DNA of 64,000 nt, from assembly GCA_965116065.1 (NCBI GenBank), contig OZ220485.1:3112989-3176988 (forward strand), in the 5' to 3' direction. A program made the position numbers and the translations under genes. The notes under the pieces are model-generated. The model saw only the letters and a list, made by a program, of their open reading frames with translations, did no database searches and was not told where the DNA came from. This DNA is from Bryobacterales bacterium. Its GTDB lineage: Bacteria > Acidobacteriota > Terriglobia > Bryobacterales > UBA6623. Position 1 is the first letter of the stretch; each line of letters begins with the position of its first letter. Of the stretch, positions 46,613-55,517 are shown in pieces.

Positions 46613-47203
46613 CTACGGAGGCACTGGTGCCGGGGGCGACACTCGCGGTGGCCGGACCGGAGGCCAACTTCCCTTGATCACGTTGTCGTTGGCGGACACG
46701 CCACAGGCTGCTCGCTCAATTCGAGATTGACAGAATTCCTCCCACCGACAGAATTCCTCCCACCGGGCGACAGCCTTCTGATCCCACGGTACTCCCGCGC
46801 TGGCAATCACCCCCAGATCGCTCGCCCGGCGCTGCAGCGCCGCAAACCGGGCCTCAGCATCGTCCACATACCAACTCGACCAGAGCTCGCCATACTCAAG
46901 ACGCAGATTCTCCCACGCCGTCCGCAACATGACCAGCGTCGCGTGGGTCTGATGCAGGTTGGTGGCCAATGCCCAGATGTTCGCACCGACTGCGACAGCC
47001 GCACAGAAGGCCCCCACAAGCGGCCACGGGTCCCCGATCAGCGTGACGAACACACCCGACGTGAATCCCAGCGACAGGCCCTGCACCCAATGCTGGCGTT
47101 TGCTGTAACGCCCCGCCATTTCCCCGAAATACAGCGACCGGACACGCGCCTCTCGCAATGCCTTCCAGACCTGCCCCGCCTCGTCTTGGGAAAGCCGTGC
47201 CAC
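46613..47203 (-). CDS. Two-TM membrane protein with SLATT-like architecture (N-terminal helix, TM hairpin, C-terminal helices)
   Basis: Within ORF 46613..47569, coding-like third-position GC (~80%) begins near GTG 47203, while the upstream part is ~60% GC3 and Gly/Arg-rich. The protein reads ALREARVRSLYFGEMAGRYSKRQHWVQGLSLGFTSGVFVTLIG..PLVGAFCAAVAVGANIWALATNLHQTHATLVMLRTAWENLRLEY. The resemblance to SLATT/DUF4231-type effectors is by recall only. Confidence 0.5.
   Translation of the reverse strand: MARLSQDEAGQVWKALREARVRSLYFGEMAGRYSKRQHWVQGLSLGFTSGVFVTLIGDPWPLVGAFCAAVAVGANIWALATNLHQTHATLVMLRTAWENLRLEYGELWSSWYVDDAEARFAALQRRASDLGVIASAGVPWDQKAVARWEEFCRWEEFCQSRIERAACGVSANDNVIKGSWPPVRPPRVSPPAPVPP
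46731..46766 (-). repeat. 18-bp x2 in-frame tandem duplication (RWEEFC RWEEFC)
   Basis: CAGAATTCCTCCCACCGA is followed by CAGAATTCCTCCCACCGG (17/18 identical), read directly from the sequence. Confidence 0.9.
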
Positions 47204-47211
47204 AGTATCGC

Positions 47212-47242
47212 ATTGTATGGCATGTAGCCGGACTGAACTCAA
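47212..47242 (-). promoter_or_regulatory. Sigma70-like promoter abutting the SLATT-like start codon
   Basis: On the minus strand: TTGAGT (47242-47237), a 19-nt spacer, TACAAT (47217-47212), then 8 nt to GTG 47203. No Shine-Dalgarno sequence lies in between. Confidence 0.3.
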
Positions 47243-47623
47243 TGGCCGGTGACAGCGCGAGCCCGGCGTGACGCCGTCAGTGGGCCCATTCGGGACAGCC
47301 GGACGAAGCCCTTGCCCACACCCTTGGAAGTCGCTCCCGCCTTCCACCAGAGACCGTTGCGAAATTTCCGCCCCTTCGGGGCCTGCTTCCCCGGGGCCGG
47401 GCTTGACGGTCAACACGGAAGCTCCGGCCAGGATTCCGTGTTCGACACCCAACCCGAATTTCTGTCCATTTGTCCATTGTCCGCCACGCCTCCGCAACCT
47501 CTGCCTTCCGATCTCATCGATTCGATGACCAACACCGGCTCTTCTTCCGAGTCGCAGTTCGAAGTTCAATGGACGCGTTCCTTGGCGCAGTACCGACCCC
47601 GAGGACGCTGTGAGGGCCGGATT

Positions 47624-48598
47624 CTAGAAATGTGAGAATCCCTCGCGTGGCAGCCGATCAAGACCGTCCGCTGACTCCGTCCAGACGCCATCTCCTTCGT
47701 CCACTCGCCCGATCACGGTGACTGCGGCACCATCAGGTAGCTTGTTCGGGCTAGCGACCGTAAAGAGCAATTCATGCTCCTCGCCGGACCGGATCGCGTC
47801 CTCGCTGCTGGCGCCCGGAAACAGAGGCAACGACAGGGGATCAATGATGACAGCGACACCGCTGGCACTCGCAAGTCGATTCGCATCAATCGCCAGACCA
47901 TCGCTCAAGTCGATCGCCGCAGTCGCCGGTATTGCGCGGAGCAGCCGCCCCAACTCCAAACGAGCACCGGGTTCGCAGTGTCGACGAACTGCGGGATGTG
48001 TCCAGTCCGGACAGTCCCGTGCAAGTACCATTGCCAGGCCCATTCCAGCTCCGCCAAGAACCCCGGAAACGCAGACGGCGTCGCCAGGGCGGGCTCCGCT
48101 TCGCCGTAGGGCCGTGCCACTCTCGATTCTCCCCACAACGGTCGTCGTCGCGACGAAACGGTCCCCACCGGCGACGTCCCCCCCTGCCAGTGCAAGGTCA
48201 CCAGCCCCAGACAAGTCGGCCGCCTGGCGCATTCCCTGCTGGAATTTGTCGTGCCAATCCCCCACCGCCCAGTCCGGCAGGCACACGGTCTGCAGAAAGC
48301 AGGCAGGCGTTCCGCCCATCGCCGCAATATCGCTGAGGGACCGGACCAGTGCCTTTCGCCCGACCGAGTCCGGTGGGTGTTTCTGGCGCAGAAAGTGCTG
48401 ACCTTCAATGACTTGGTCGGTTGTCAGCAATAAGTCGTCGCGGCTTCCGCCGCGCAGCACGGCGCAGTCATCGCCTCCAGCCAATCCAACCAGGGGATTG
48501 GTTCGGCCCGTCCAGAGAACCTCAATGGCCGCAATCAGACGGTCCTCAATACCACCCCCAGCCGCGTCGCCGCCGTGGTCGCGAAATCCGTTCAGCAT
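47624..48598 (-). CDS. thiL: Thiamine-monophosphate kinase
   Basis: ORF 47624..48631, with ATG 48598 preferred. Motifs seen are GEDRLIAAI-like N-terminus, GGDDCAVL, LLLTTDQVIEGQHF, SLSDIAAMGG, LAGGDV and IDLSDGL. Confidence 0.85.
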   Translation of the reverse strand: MLNGFRDHGGDAAGGGIEDRLIAAIEVLWTGRTNPLVGLAGGDDCAVLRGGSRDDLLLTTDQVIEGQHFLRQKHPPDSVGRKALVRSLSDIAAMGGTPACFLQTVCLPDWAVGDWHDKFQQGMRQAADLSGAGDLALAGGDVAGGDRFVATTTVVGRIESGTALRRSGARPGDAVCVSGVLGGAGMGLAMVLARDCPDWTHPAVRRHCEPGARLELGRLLRAIPATAAIDLSDGLAIDANRLASASGVAVIIDPLSLPLFPGASSEDAIRSGEEHELLFTVASPNKLPDGAAVTVIGRVDEGDGVWTESADGLDRLPREGFSHF

Positions 48599-48754
48599 TG
48601 CGGTCGCTTTCCTCCGATCCAATCGGACCATTGACAGGGCCTTGTCGAATCGCTATACTCTCTGAATATCCTGCCGGGAAGGTGTGCGCGCGGATCCCGT
48701 GAACATCCGAGGTCTTCGCCAAGCGTAGCTGAACCCCTGACAGCCAGCCAAACC

Positions 48755-49624
48755 ATGCGGAACAACCGCTTCCTCCTACTCATCGCACATCCCGTGCACG
48801 GGCGCGTAATGCGCCTCAAGGCTCCCGGGTGGGTTTTTCATGTCCTTGTGGCCGCAGGATGCGCCTTTGCCATCGCCCTGATCGGACTGAGTACGAGCGT
48901 TGGTCGGTATGAGGCCGACAACAGCCGGCTCCTCGCCGAGAATGATGCGCTGAAACAACAGTACGAAAACCTGCAGATGACCGTCGACGAGCGGGATCGG
49001 CAGTTGGAATCCCTGACCCAATTGGCCTACGATGTCTCGATCGCCTATGGATTTCGCCGTGACGAGGCGGAAATCGAGGCCGTCTACGGCATTGAGGCAC
49101 GCCCCGCGTTCTACGCTTCCGTGGATCGGTACGACCGAATCAAGGATGCCTTGGCGAACTCCCACCCCGGATCCTCGATGCAATCGCTCCGGGCGAGCAC
49201 GACTCCTTCGATCTGGCCGGTCAAGGGACACATTACCAGTGCTTACGGGATGCGCAAGGATCCGTTCCACGGCAAGGGTACGTTTCATCCCGGTCTCGAC
49301 ATCAGCGCCCCATACGGAACACCGGTTGTAGCGGCGGCCGACGGCAACGTGCTCTCGGCGGAATGGGAAGGGGCCCTCGGACACTGCATCAAGATCACGC
49401 ATGGCGCAAGCGGCTTCGAGACAGTGTACGGACACCTGAAGGAGTACTTCGTTCGTTCAGGCCAAGCTGTGCGACGTGGCGAGATCATCGGCTTGGTCGG
49501 GCGCTCGGGACGCACGACCGGAAAACACCTCCACTACGAGGTGCACTACAACCGGATGAACGTCAACCCATACCGATACCTGCAGAATCGATCCCGCACC
49601 TACGAAACATCCCTCGCGGACTGA
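48755..49624 (+). CDS. M23-family metallopeptidase (murein DD-endopeptidase-like) with N-terminal TM and coiled coil
   Basis: The 289-aa ORF contains HPGLDISAPYGTPV, GHCIKITH, YGHL, GLVGRSGRTTGKHLHYEV and NPYRYL. Confidence 0.85.
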   Translation: MRNNRFLLLIAHPVHGRVMRLKAPGWVFHVLVAAGCAFAIALIGLSTSVGRYEADNSRLLAENDALKQQYENLQMTVDERDRQLESLTQLAYDVSIAYGFRRDEAEIEAVYGIEARPAFYASVDRYDRIKDALANSHPGSSMQSLRASTTPSIWPVKGHITSAYGMRKDPFHGKGTFHPGLDISAPYGTPVVAAADGNVLSAEWEGALGHCIKITHGASGFETVYGHLKEYFVRSGQAVRRGEIIGLVGRSGRTTGKHLHYEVHYNRMNVNPYRYLQNRSRTYETSLAD

Positions 49625-50436
49625 CCAGGGCATCCACCTCTCCGGGCCATGCCATCGTCCGGCGGGACGGCCATCACCTTATCTCCGGTTTGCACATCGA
49701 GTTCCCGTGCCGCGGAGCCTTGATTGAGAGAGATTTCCAGATAGCCTGAGCTACCCACGATGAGGAAAAGTCTCTTGGGGTGCATCGCTGCGTACGAGTC
49801 CGCCCTGGCGGCGACAGACGCTCCTGCCATCACAAGCGCTGTACCGACCGGCACGTCACGGGGCCGGAAGTTCGTCACGATGTTGCCGAACACATCGATG
49901 TGCAGCACTCTGCCCTTCCCGTTGACGACCCTGACCGGAGTCTGACGGACCGGGTCCGGCACCGGCGGACCAACCTCCGCGAACGGAAGACCGTTCGCCA
50001 GTCGCGCCCCGGACGGCGCAAACAGATCCCGTCCATGGAATGTCTGGCTCAACCTGTCCAGTCCATGCCGAACATCGATGCATCGTGTCTCGGAAGCGTC
50101 CTCCTGGTCGAGAACCTGCGACAGCACACCGTTGTCCGGTGCAATGAAGCAGTGCCCACCGACAGCCGCCGCCAACGGCCGACGACCAGACCCGACGCCC
50201 GGGTCTACGACCACCACGTGGACAGTCCCGACAGGGAAGTATCCGCAAGCCTGGGAGACGGCAAACGCCCCTTCCCTGATATCGAATCGAGGGATCTCGT
50301 GGCAGATGTCGACTACCTTCACGTGGGGTGCGATCGAGGCCACGACACCCTTCATAACCCCGATGTAATGGTCCTGTGTGCCGAAATCAGTTGTCAGTGT
50401 CAGGAATCCTGAAGGACGGCCGAATCCCGAACTCAT
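49600..50436 (-). CDS. SAM hydroxide adenosyltransferase/SAM hydrolase family (DUF62)
   Basis: ORF 49600..50493, with ATG 50436 preferred. Motifs seen are LTLTTDFGTQDHYIGVMKGV, VVDICHEIP, VVVVDPGVGS and FHGRDLFAP. Confidence 0.85.
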   Translation of the reverse strand: MSSGFGRPSGFLTLTTDFGTQDHYIGVMKGVVASIAPHVKVVDICHEIPRFDIREGAFAVSQACGYFPVGTVHVVVVDPGVGSGRRPLAAAVGGHCFIAPDNGVLSQVLDQEDASETRCIDVRHGLDRLSQTFHGRDLFAPSGARLANGLPFAEVGPPVPDPVRQTPVRVVNGKGRVLHIDVFGNIVTNFRPRDVPVGTALVMAGASVAARADSYAAMHPKRLFLIVGSSGYLEISLNQGSAARELDVQTGDKVMAVPPDDGMARRGGCPGQSARDVS

Positions 50437-51131
50437 CACGAAGCCTCCGAATCCTGATCCGCCACACGTCCACGGCCAAGGCCGCGTCGGCAACGGCCGC
50501 GGTACTCCATCGCACGATACGCAGCCATCAGGGCTCCCGGCAAGGCCAGCGATGCAACGAATGCAAGCAGGAACGTCCGGGCTTCAAGGGCATATGCCCC
50601 GACCGCAGCATAGACCAGCGCGACCCCGGCATTCGAGAGTCCGGTCAGCCACACGAACTGGCGGAAGGACATGCGGACGGCCCCGGCCACCATGACGGAA
50701 CTCTCTGCCAGCACGGGCACGGCGCGGCAGGCCAGCAGCGAAACCGCTCCCCAACGACGATGGAGCCGCTCGGCCCGTTCCATCTCGGATGGACCCACCA
50801 ACCTGCGTACAGCCGGAACACCGATGGCTCTTCCCAGCACGTACCCCATCACAACGCCGAGTTGCAGCCCCAGCCAGGAAACGCTCGCCCCCAGCCCGAG
50901 CCCCAGAAACGCTCCCGAGGCCGTAGCCACGACACTCGACGGAATCGGCAGGACCGTGTCCAGTGTCAGAAGAACAGGGACCGTGGCCGCAATGAGGAGA
51001 CGGCCAGTTCCGGCCCGCAGCCATCGTTCCGCCAGCGCCGCAACCGACTCGTCCATCACGACAAACGGCACCAGAATCAGGCCCAGCAGTACGAGCCCTG
51101 CCAAGGACCAGCGCATCACGGTCCCGTGCAT
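50436..51131 (-). CDS. DedA/VTT-family membrane protein
   Basis: ORF 50436..51254, with ATG 51131 preferred. It contains LPIPSSVVATASGAFLG and multiple TM helices. Its stop overlaps the next start as TGATG. Confidence 0.8.
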   Translation of the reverse strand: MHGTVMRWSLAGLVLLGLILVPFVVMDESVAALAERWLRAGTGRLLIAATVPVLLTLDTVLPIPSSVVATASGAFLGLGLGASVSWLGLQLGVVMGYVLGRAIGVPAVRRLVGPSEMERAERLHRRWGAVSLLACRAVPVLAESSVMVAGAVRMSFRQFVWLTGLSNAGVALVYAAVGAYALEARTFLLAFVASLALPGALMAAYRAMEYRGRCRRGLGRGRVADQDSEAS

Positions 51132-51417
51132 GCTTCGAGTGTACCTGTCCGACTGGAACACCCGGGTTCCGGATTCCGAGCCTCCGGGGAATCGGATGCA
51201 GGCTGATCGACAGACTCTCCTGGCACTGCCCGGACTGATCGGATTCGAGCGCATCCGGACATCGGGATCAGCGTTTCTCCATCCGGTCGTCGCGGACGGG
51301 AGAAACCGACCTCCTGCAAACAGCCGGGCGCACCATGAGGCGCTTCCGGAAGGTCGAACGGCACGATCAATCGAAGCTGCCCGGGACGCTTCTCATTTCT
51401 GCGGTCGGAACCCGCGA

Positions 51418-54400
51418 TCACAGGGAGTCGAACTGCACTTCGTTGCTCTTGACACCATCGACGGCAATCTTGAGCGTGTGCGTCCCGGCCGCCAGATCGT
51501 CCGGCAGCGCGATCACCACTTCGTAGACACCAGCCTCGAACACTGCCAGTGCGCTGGACCTCACATCGACAGACCGGTCGTCCACCCAGGCTGTCGTCAC
51601 ACCGGTCACCAGGTTCGGCGGCAGGGCCTGGCCGGAACGGCCAGTTGTCGCGGCCGGCGTCACGGATCCGAGTCCCGTGGCGTAGGCATACAGGTCGTCG
51701 CCGGCCATCGGCAGCTTACCGCTGCCAGCCTGGGACAAGACGCCCGTCCTCGGAGCAGCCCCGACCCGGTCCGCAAACAGGCCTGGCTGGACGGGACTGA
51801 TCTGCACGGCGGCAAACTCGCTTCTCCCGTACGGAGTCTTGACGACGATATCGGTCGAGCCAGCAGGTACGCCGAACGGAATCTGAAACGTCACCTCACC
51901 GGGCGCCACCGACAACAGTGGTGCACCCGCTCCTCCAACCTGGACCTGGGTACCTCCAAGCCGCCTAGGAAGTGCTAGATTCCCGAACACGAGCAGCGTC
52001 GTCGCCGATTTCGTCTCTGCCGCCAGTCCAGCACCCCGGATCGTTGCCAGGCTGCCGGGCGCGAAACCACGACCAGCGGAAGGGGCCTCCCCACTAGCGG
52101 CATTGACGATTCCGGAGGCAACCATCCAGGGTTGCTGCTCCGCAACGGAGGCTGTCGTCAGGACAAAGGTGGATGGCTCCCCCTTCAGTTCCGCTTTCAG
52201 CACTTGGGTTCCCGCCCGATCCCCGAGCGGCCATTCGACCGTGCCTCGGCCGCTGAAATCCGTCACGACACTCGGAATCTCGATGCGCTCGGAGGTACTC
52301 GCGGAAAATGCCAACTCGACTCCGCTGTACGGAACATGGTTCTCGTCGAGTACGCGATACTGCACAGGTTCGGTCACGGCGGTTCCAGCGATTCCGTACA
52401 CGCCTGAGGACTGCGACAACAGCTTCAATCCGCTCAAGCCTTCCCTGACCTTCAGTCTGGTGGCCGCAGTATCATAACCGGGCTCGGCAGCCCGTGCGGT
52501 GAGCGTCGTCACCCCGGCCTCCAACCCGGAAAGCGAGAATTCCGCGAACAGATCTCCAGCCGGGATCACCACGGAATTCGGTACGGTTGCGATGGCGTCC
52601 CGCAGATCAAGCAACACCGTCAGATCGGTGTCACGAGCCTCGGAGATGATGACGCGAGCGGTCCCGCTGGATCCCTGGATCAGGCCCCCCGCCGGAAAGG
52701 TCGACAGATGGAGCATCCGAACGAGTTCGGTTGCCGTGGTGGCGGCATCCCCGAATTGCACTCGCGCGTATGCGCGCCAGTTTCCACGGAGCTGATTGAG
52801 CCGTCGGATCGACTCCTGGCCCGGCGACGCTGCATCGTCAACGAGAAGAAGAAATGCGTAACGGAACTGCCTTTGCGAGACCGTCGAATCCGGACGGCGC
52901 TCTCCGGCGGCTGCAATGATGTCCTCGAGCCGAACTTCCTTGCGAACACCGTCAAACCAGACATCGGGTTCGGGGGACCTGGCGGCGTTTCCGAAGTGCA
53001 CCCCTCCCTTCGCGTCCTGCACAAGGAAGGTTGCCGGCACCTCGCTCGGGGCAACCAACCCCATGAGGTACTTGTCGAGCTGGCTGTAGCCCTGCGAGGA
53101 AGCGGTCGTCTGGAACCGCGGCGAAGCGTCCGGTCCGTGGTCCTTGATTGCATTGCCCTCGAGTACTGATGCGTCGGAATTGAAGTAGAAGCTCCAGTGG
53201 GAGGACTGCCTTCCCAGCAGATCCTTGGAATCCAGTCCCGACTCCGGGTCTTTCCATGTCGCATACGCGAGGAAGCGGTGGCCCAGTTCATGGGCGAGGA
53301 CGGTCAGCAGCGACGAGTTGTCAGGCAGTGTACTGATGCGAGCAAGTGGACTGGCCGGATAGCTGGAAGTCGCCCCCATGTTGACGAATGCAGCGAGCCT
53401 CCTGGGGGAGCCGAAGTACTCCCCGGCGTCAATGATGGAATCGCCGATACCCTCCACATAGTTCCGGATCGGCCAGGCATGAGCCAGGGAAGCCCTGCTG
53501 GCCGGTAGGCTAAGATCATTGAAGAGAATTAGGGTGTCGTAGGCATCCTCGTGGTGCCTGTAGAACTCCTGCACGATCGCAAACTCATCCATGCCCTCTT
53601 TGTCGGAGAACACTTCCGCGATGATCGCGCCGGCGGGGACCGTCTCCGGAGCCGTGTCGCTCCAGTTCACGTAAACCGCATCTCGGTCCACCGGCCCGGG
53701 AAAGATCCCCACGACACCATGGGGACTATCCAGGCTTCCATAGCGGAACTCGATGCTGCCATCGGACTTCAGTGTCATCTGAAACGTCTGGCGGCTCCCG
53801 AGCCCGGTATCCTGCCACAACGGAATGTCGTACCAGGTGACGGTCACGCTGCTGCCTTCCACGATGGTCGAGACCTGACCTCCCTGGCTGGGATCCAGAT
53901 CCTGGAAGAACGGGGCTATGCGTGGGGGGCCTCCGACCGCACGAGAATAGTTCCGTTCCCGTCGACTCGCTTCCGGGATCACGAACGTGAAATTCCCGTC
54001 TGAATGCACGAAACCGCGGTCATAATTCTCCTCGTAGTACGGAAACGCGAACGGAAACTCGACGACCGCGAAATCGTCATCGTCCATGGGGATCGGAATT
54101 CCGGTCGGCTCGACCGCCATTCCAGCCGACAACGCACTTCCCTGCACCGTGAATCCAGCGGGGCCCGGCTTGATCGTGACCATTCGACCGGACATGTCGA
54201 CCTGATTGGGAGCACGAAGCAATGCCGGCGCCGCTTCGATCAGGGCGATGTCACCGGACTTGATCGGGCGCGGTGAATCGATCTCCAATGTGCGCGGCGA
54301 CTCCGGGGGGAGTGGAAACCGCTGCCAGTCCTCGTACTTCGTCGCTACCTTGGTGTTCTTCTCGGGGGCGGTTCCGTGCTCCAGGTGGAGCCGCTGCTGG

Positions 54401-54573
54401 TGCAGGAAGAGAACCTCTTGCGGGCTGCGAGAAGTTCCACATACGGCGATGGGCCCTTCGTGGTCGGGAGCGGCCCACACTGGCTGCGAGACCAACGCTG
54501 CCAGTGCAGTCATCCCCAACAGGGCGCCGCGCGGAAATCGGGACTCCATGGTGAACTTGCCTAATTGTCGCAT
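51418..54573 (-). CDS. Large secreted HExxH zinc-metalloprotease-like protein with C-terminal Ig-like repeats of the TIGR03437 type
   Basis: ORF 51418..54687, with a probable start at ATG 54573 or 54549 (signal ALLGMTALAALVSQPVWA). It contains LTVLAHELGHRFLAY. The C-terminal repeats include GSLATIRGAGL, VQVGGAGAPLLSVAPGEVTFQIPFGVPAGSTDIVV and PVQPGLFA. Confidence 0.8.
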   Translation of the reverse strand: MRQLGKFTMESRFPRGALLGMTALAALVSQPVWAAPDHEGPIAVCGTSRSPQEVLFLHQQRLHLEHGTAPEKNTKVATKYEDWQRFPLPPESPRTLEIDSPRPIKSGDIALIEAAPALLRAPNQVDMSGRMVTIKPGPAGFTVQGSALSAGMAVEPTGIPIPMDDDDFAVVEFPFAFPYYEENYDRGFVHSDGNFTFVIPEASRRERNYSRAVGGPPRIAPFFQDLDPSQGGQVSTIVEGSSVTVTWYDIPLWQDTGLGSRQTFQMTLKSDGSIEFRYGSLDSPHGVVGIFPGPVDRDAVYVNWSDTAPETVPAGAIIAEVFSDKEGMDEFAIVQEFYRHHEDAYDTLILFNDLSLPASRASLAHAWPIRNYVEGIGDSIIDAGEYFGSPRRLAAFVNMGATSSYPASPLARISTLPDNSSLLTVLAHELGHRFLAYATWKDPESGLDSKDLLGRQSSHWSFYFNSDASVLEGNAIKDHGPDASPRFQTTASSQGYSQLDKYLMGLVAPSEVPATFLVQDAKGGVHFGNAARSPEPDVWFDGVRKEVRLEDIIAAAGERRPDSTVSQRQFRYAFLLLVDDAASPGQESIRRLNQLRGNWRAYARVQFGDAATTATELVRMLHLSTFPAGGLIQGSSGTARVIISEARDTDLTVLLDLRDAIATVPNSVVIPAGDLFAEFSLSGLEAGVTTLTARAAEPGYDTAATRLKVREGLSGLKLLSQSSGVYGIAGTAVTEPVQYRVLDENHVPYSGVELAFSASTSERIEIPSVVTDFSGRGTVEWPLGDRAGTQVLKAELKGEPSTFVLTTASVAEQQPWMVASGIVNAASGEAPSAGRGFAPGSLATIRGAGLAAETKSATTLLVFGNLALPRRLGGTQVQVGGAGAPLLSVAPGEVTFQIPFGVPAGSTDIVVKTPYGRSEFAAVQISPVQPGLFADRVGAAPRTGVLSQAGSGKLPMAGDDLYAYATGLGSVTPAATTGRSGQALPPNLVTGVTTAWVDDRSVDVRSSALAVFEAGVYEVVIALPDDLAAGTHTLKIAVDGVKSNEVQFDSL

Positions 54574-55517
54574 TGTAACGGAGAGACGGATGATCGGTTC
54601 GGCCAACCGGAGCCAGCGCCCATGGTTTGCTTCGGGCTCTGGCCGATTGTAAGGGCCGCACGAACACAGATCGGGGATACGCCCCACCTGTCTTCCGTTG
54701 CTAGCGAGTCACTGCGACATGGTGCTGGCTAGGCTCGGATGTTGTGCAACCCTTCAGCGGTTGCTGTGGCGTATTGCATGCAGGTGAGTGCCACAGCACG
54801 GTAGCTGGCTCAGCGTGACCGCGCGAGAACGGGGTGGCCGAAGCAGGTCATGCCTGCGGGGCCGTCGGAGCGGGGACCCGTAGGAGTTGCGGGTAGACGT
54901 GGTGAGGTCGTCGTCGAATGTCCATGCGCGGCTGCGTGGCGGCGCAGGACGCGGGAGAGTTGGCGATGCCATTGCAACTGCATCTCCATCGACCCGACGA
55001 CCCCCACTTGACGGATCACCAACGCGTTGTATCTCGGTCACGGCACGAAGTTCGTCCAGCACCCGATCGCTCCGACACAACAGGAGAGGCAGCCGAAGAC
55101 CCGCATGTAGGCTATGAGGCCCATCGGACAACCTCCCATGCGCACGTTCGCATGTTGAGTCTCCAGCACGTAACCGGTCATGCGCCGACGCGTTGCTCCC
55201 GGACGGCAAATCTGCGCGCGTCTTCGTGGTTGCGGTACGACCACCGCCACTGGAACAGCGGAACTCTGCCCGTACCACCGATACACTCCGGAGGCGTGGA
55301 AGCCCCCCGCACACGAGATGTCCGCGGCAGTCCGACAACGGGAAGCGACTTCGATCCAGCCATTCGCCCTCGGCAATCCGGAAGTCTGCCTCTCTTCCCC
55401 GCACGCCATGAAGGTTGCTCCTGCACTCCGCAGAACGGAAACATCTCGACGCCCACAGTGGATGGTTACACGGCCCTCCTAGAGATCGAGTACGGAACAT
55501 TCAACACCTCCGGACGG

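Noticed and set aside
46223-47227. 334-aa plus-strand ORF
   Set aside because: It is antisense to the two-TM gene. The translation is Arg/Cys/His-rich, while the minus strand shows high third-position GC and clear TM helices.
47204-47569. 122-codon upstream extension of the two-TM ORF (TTG start)
   Set aside because: Third-position GC drops to ~60%, the translation is Gly/Arg-rich, and a promoter-like element lies inside it. I chose GTG 47203 as the start.
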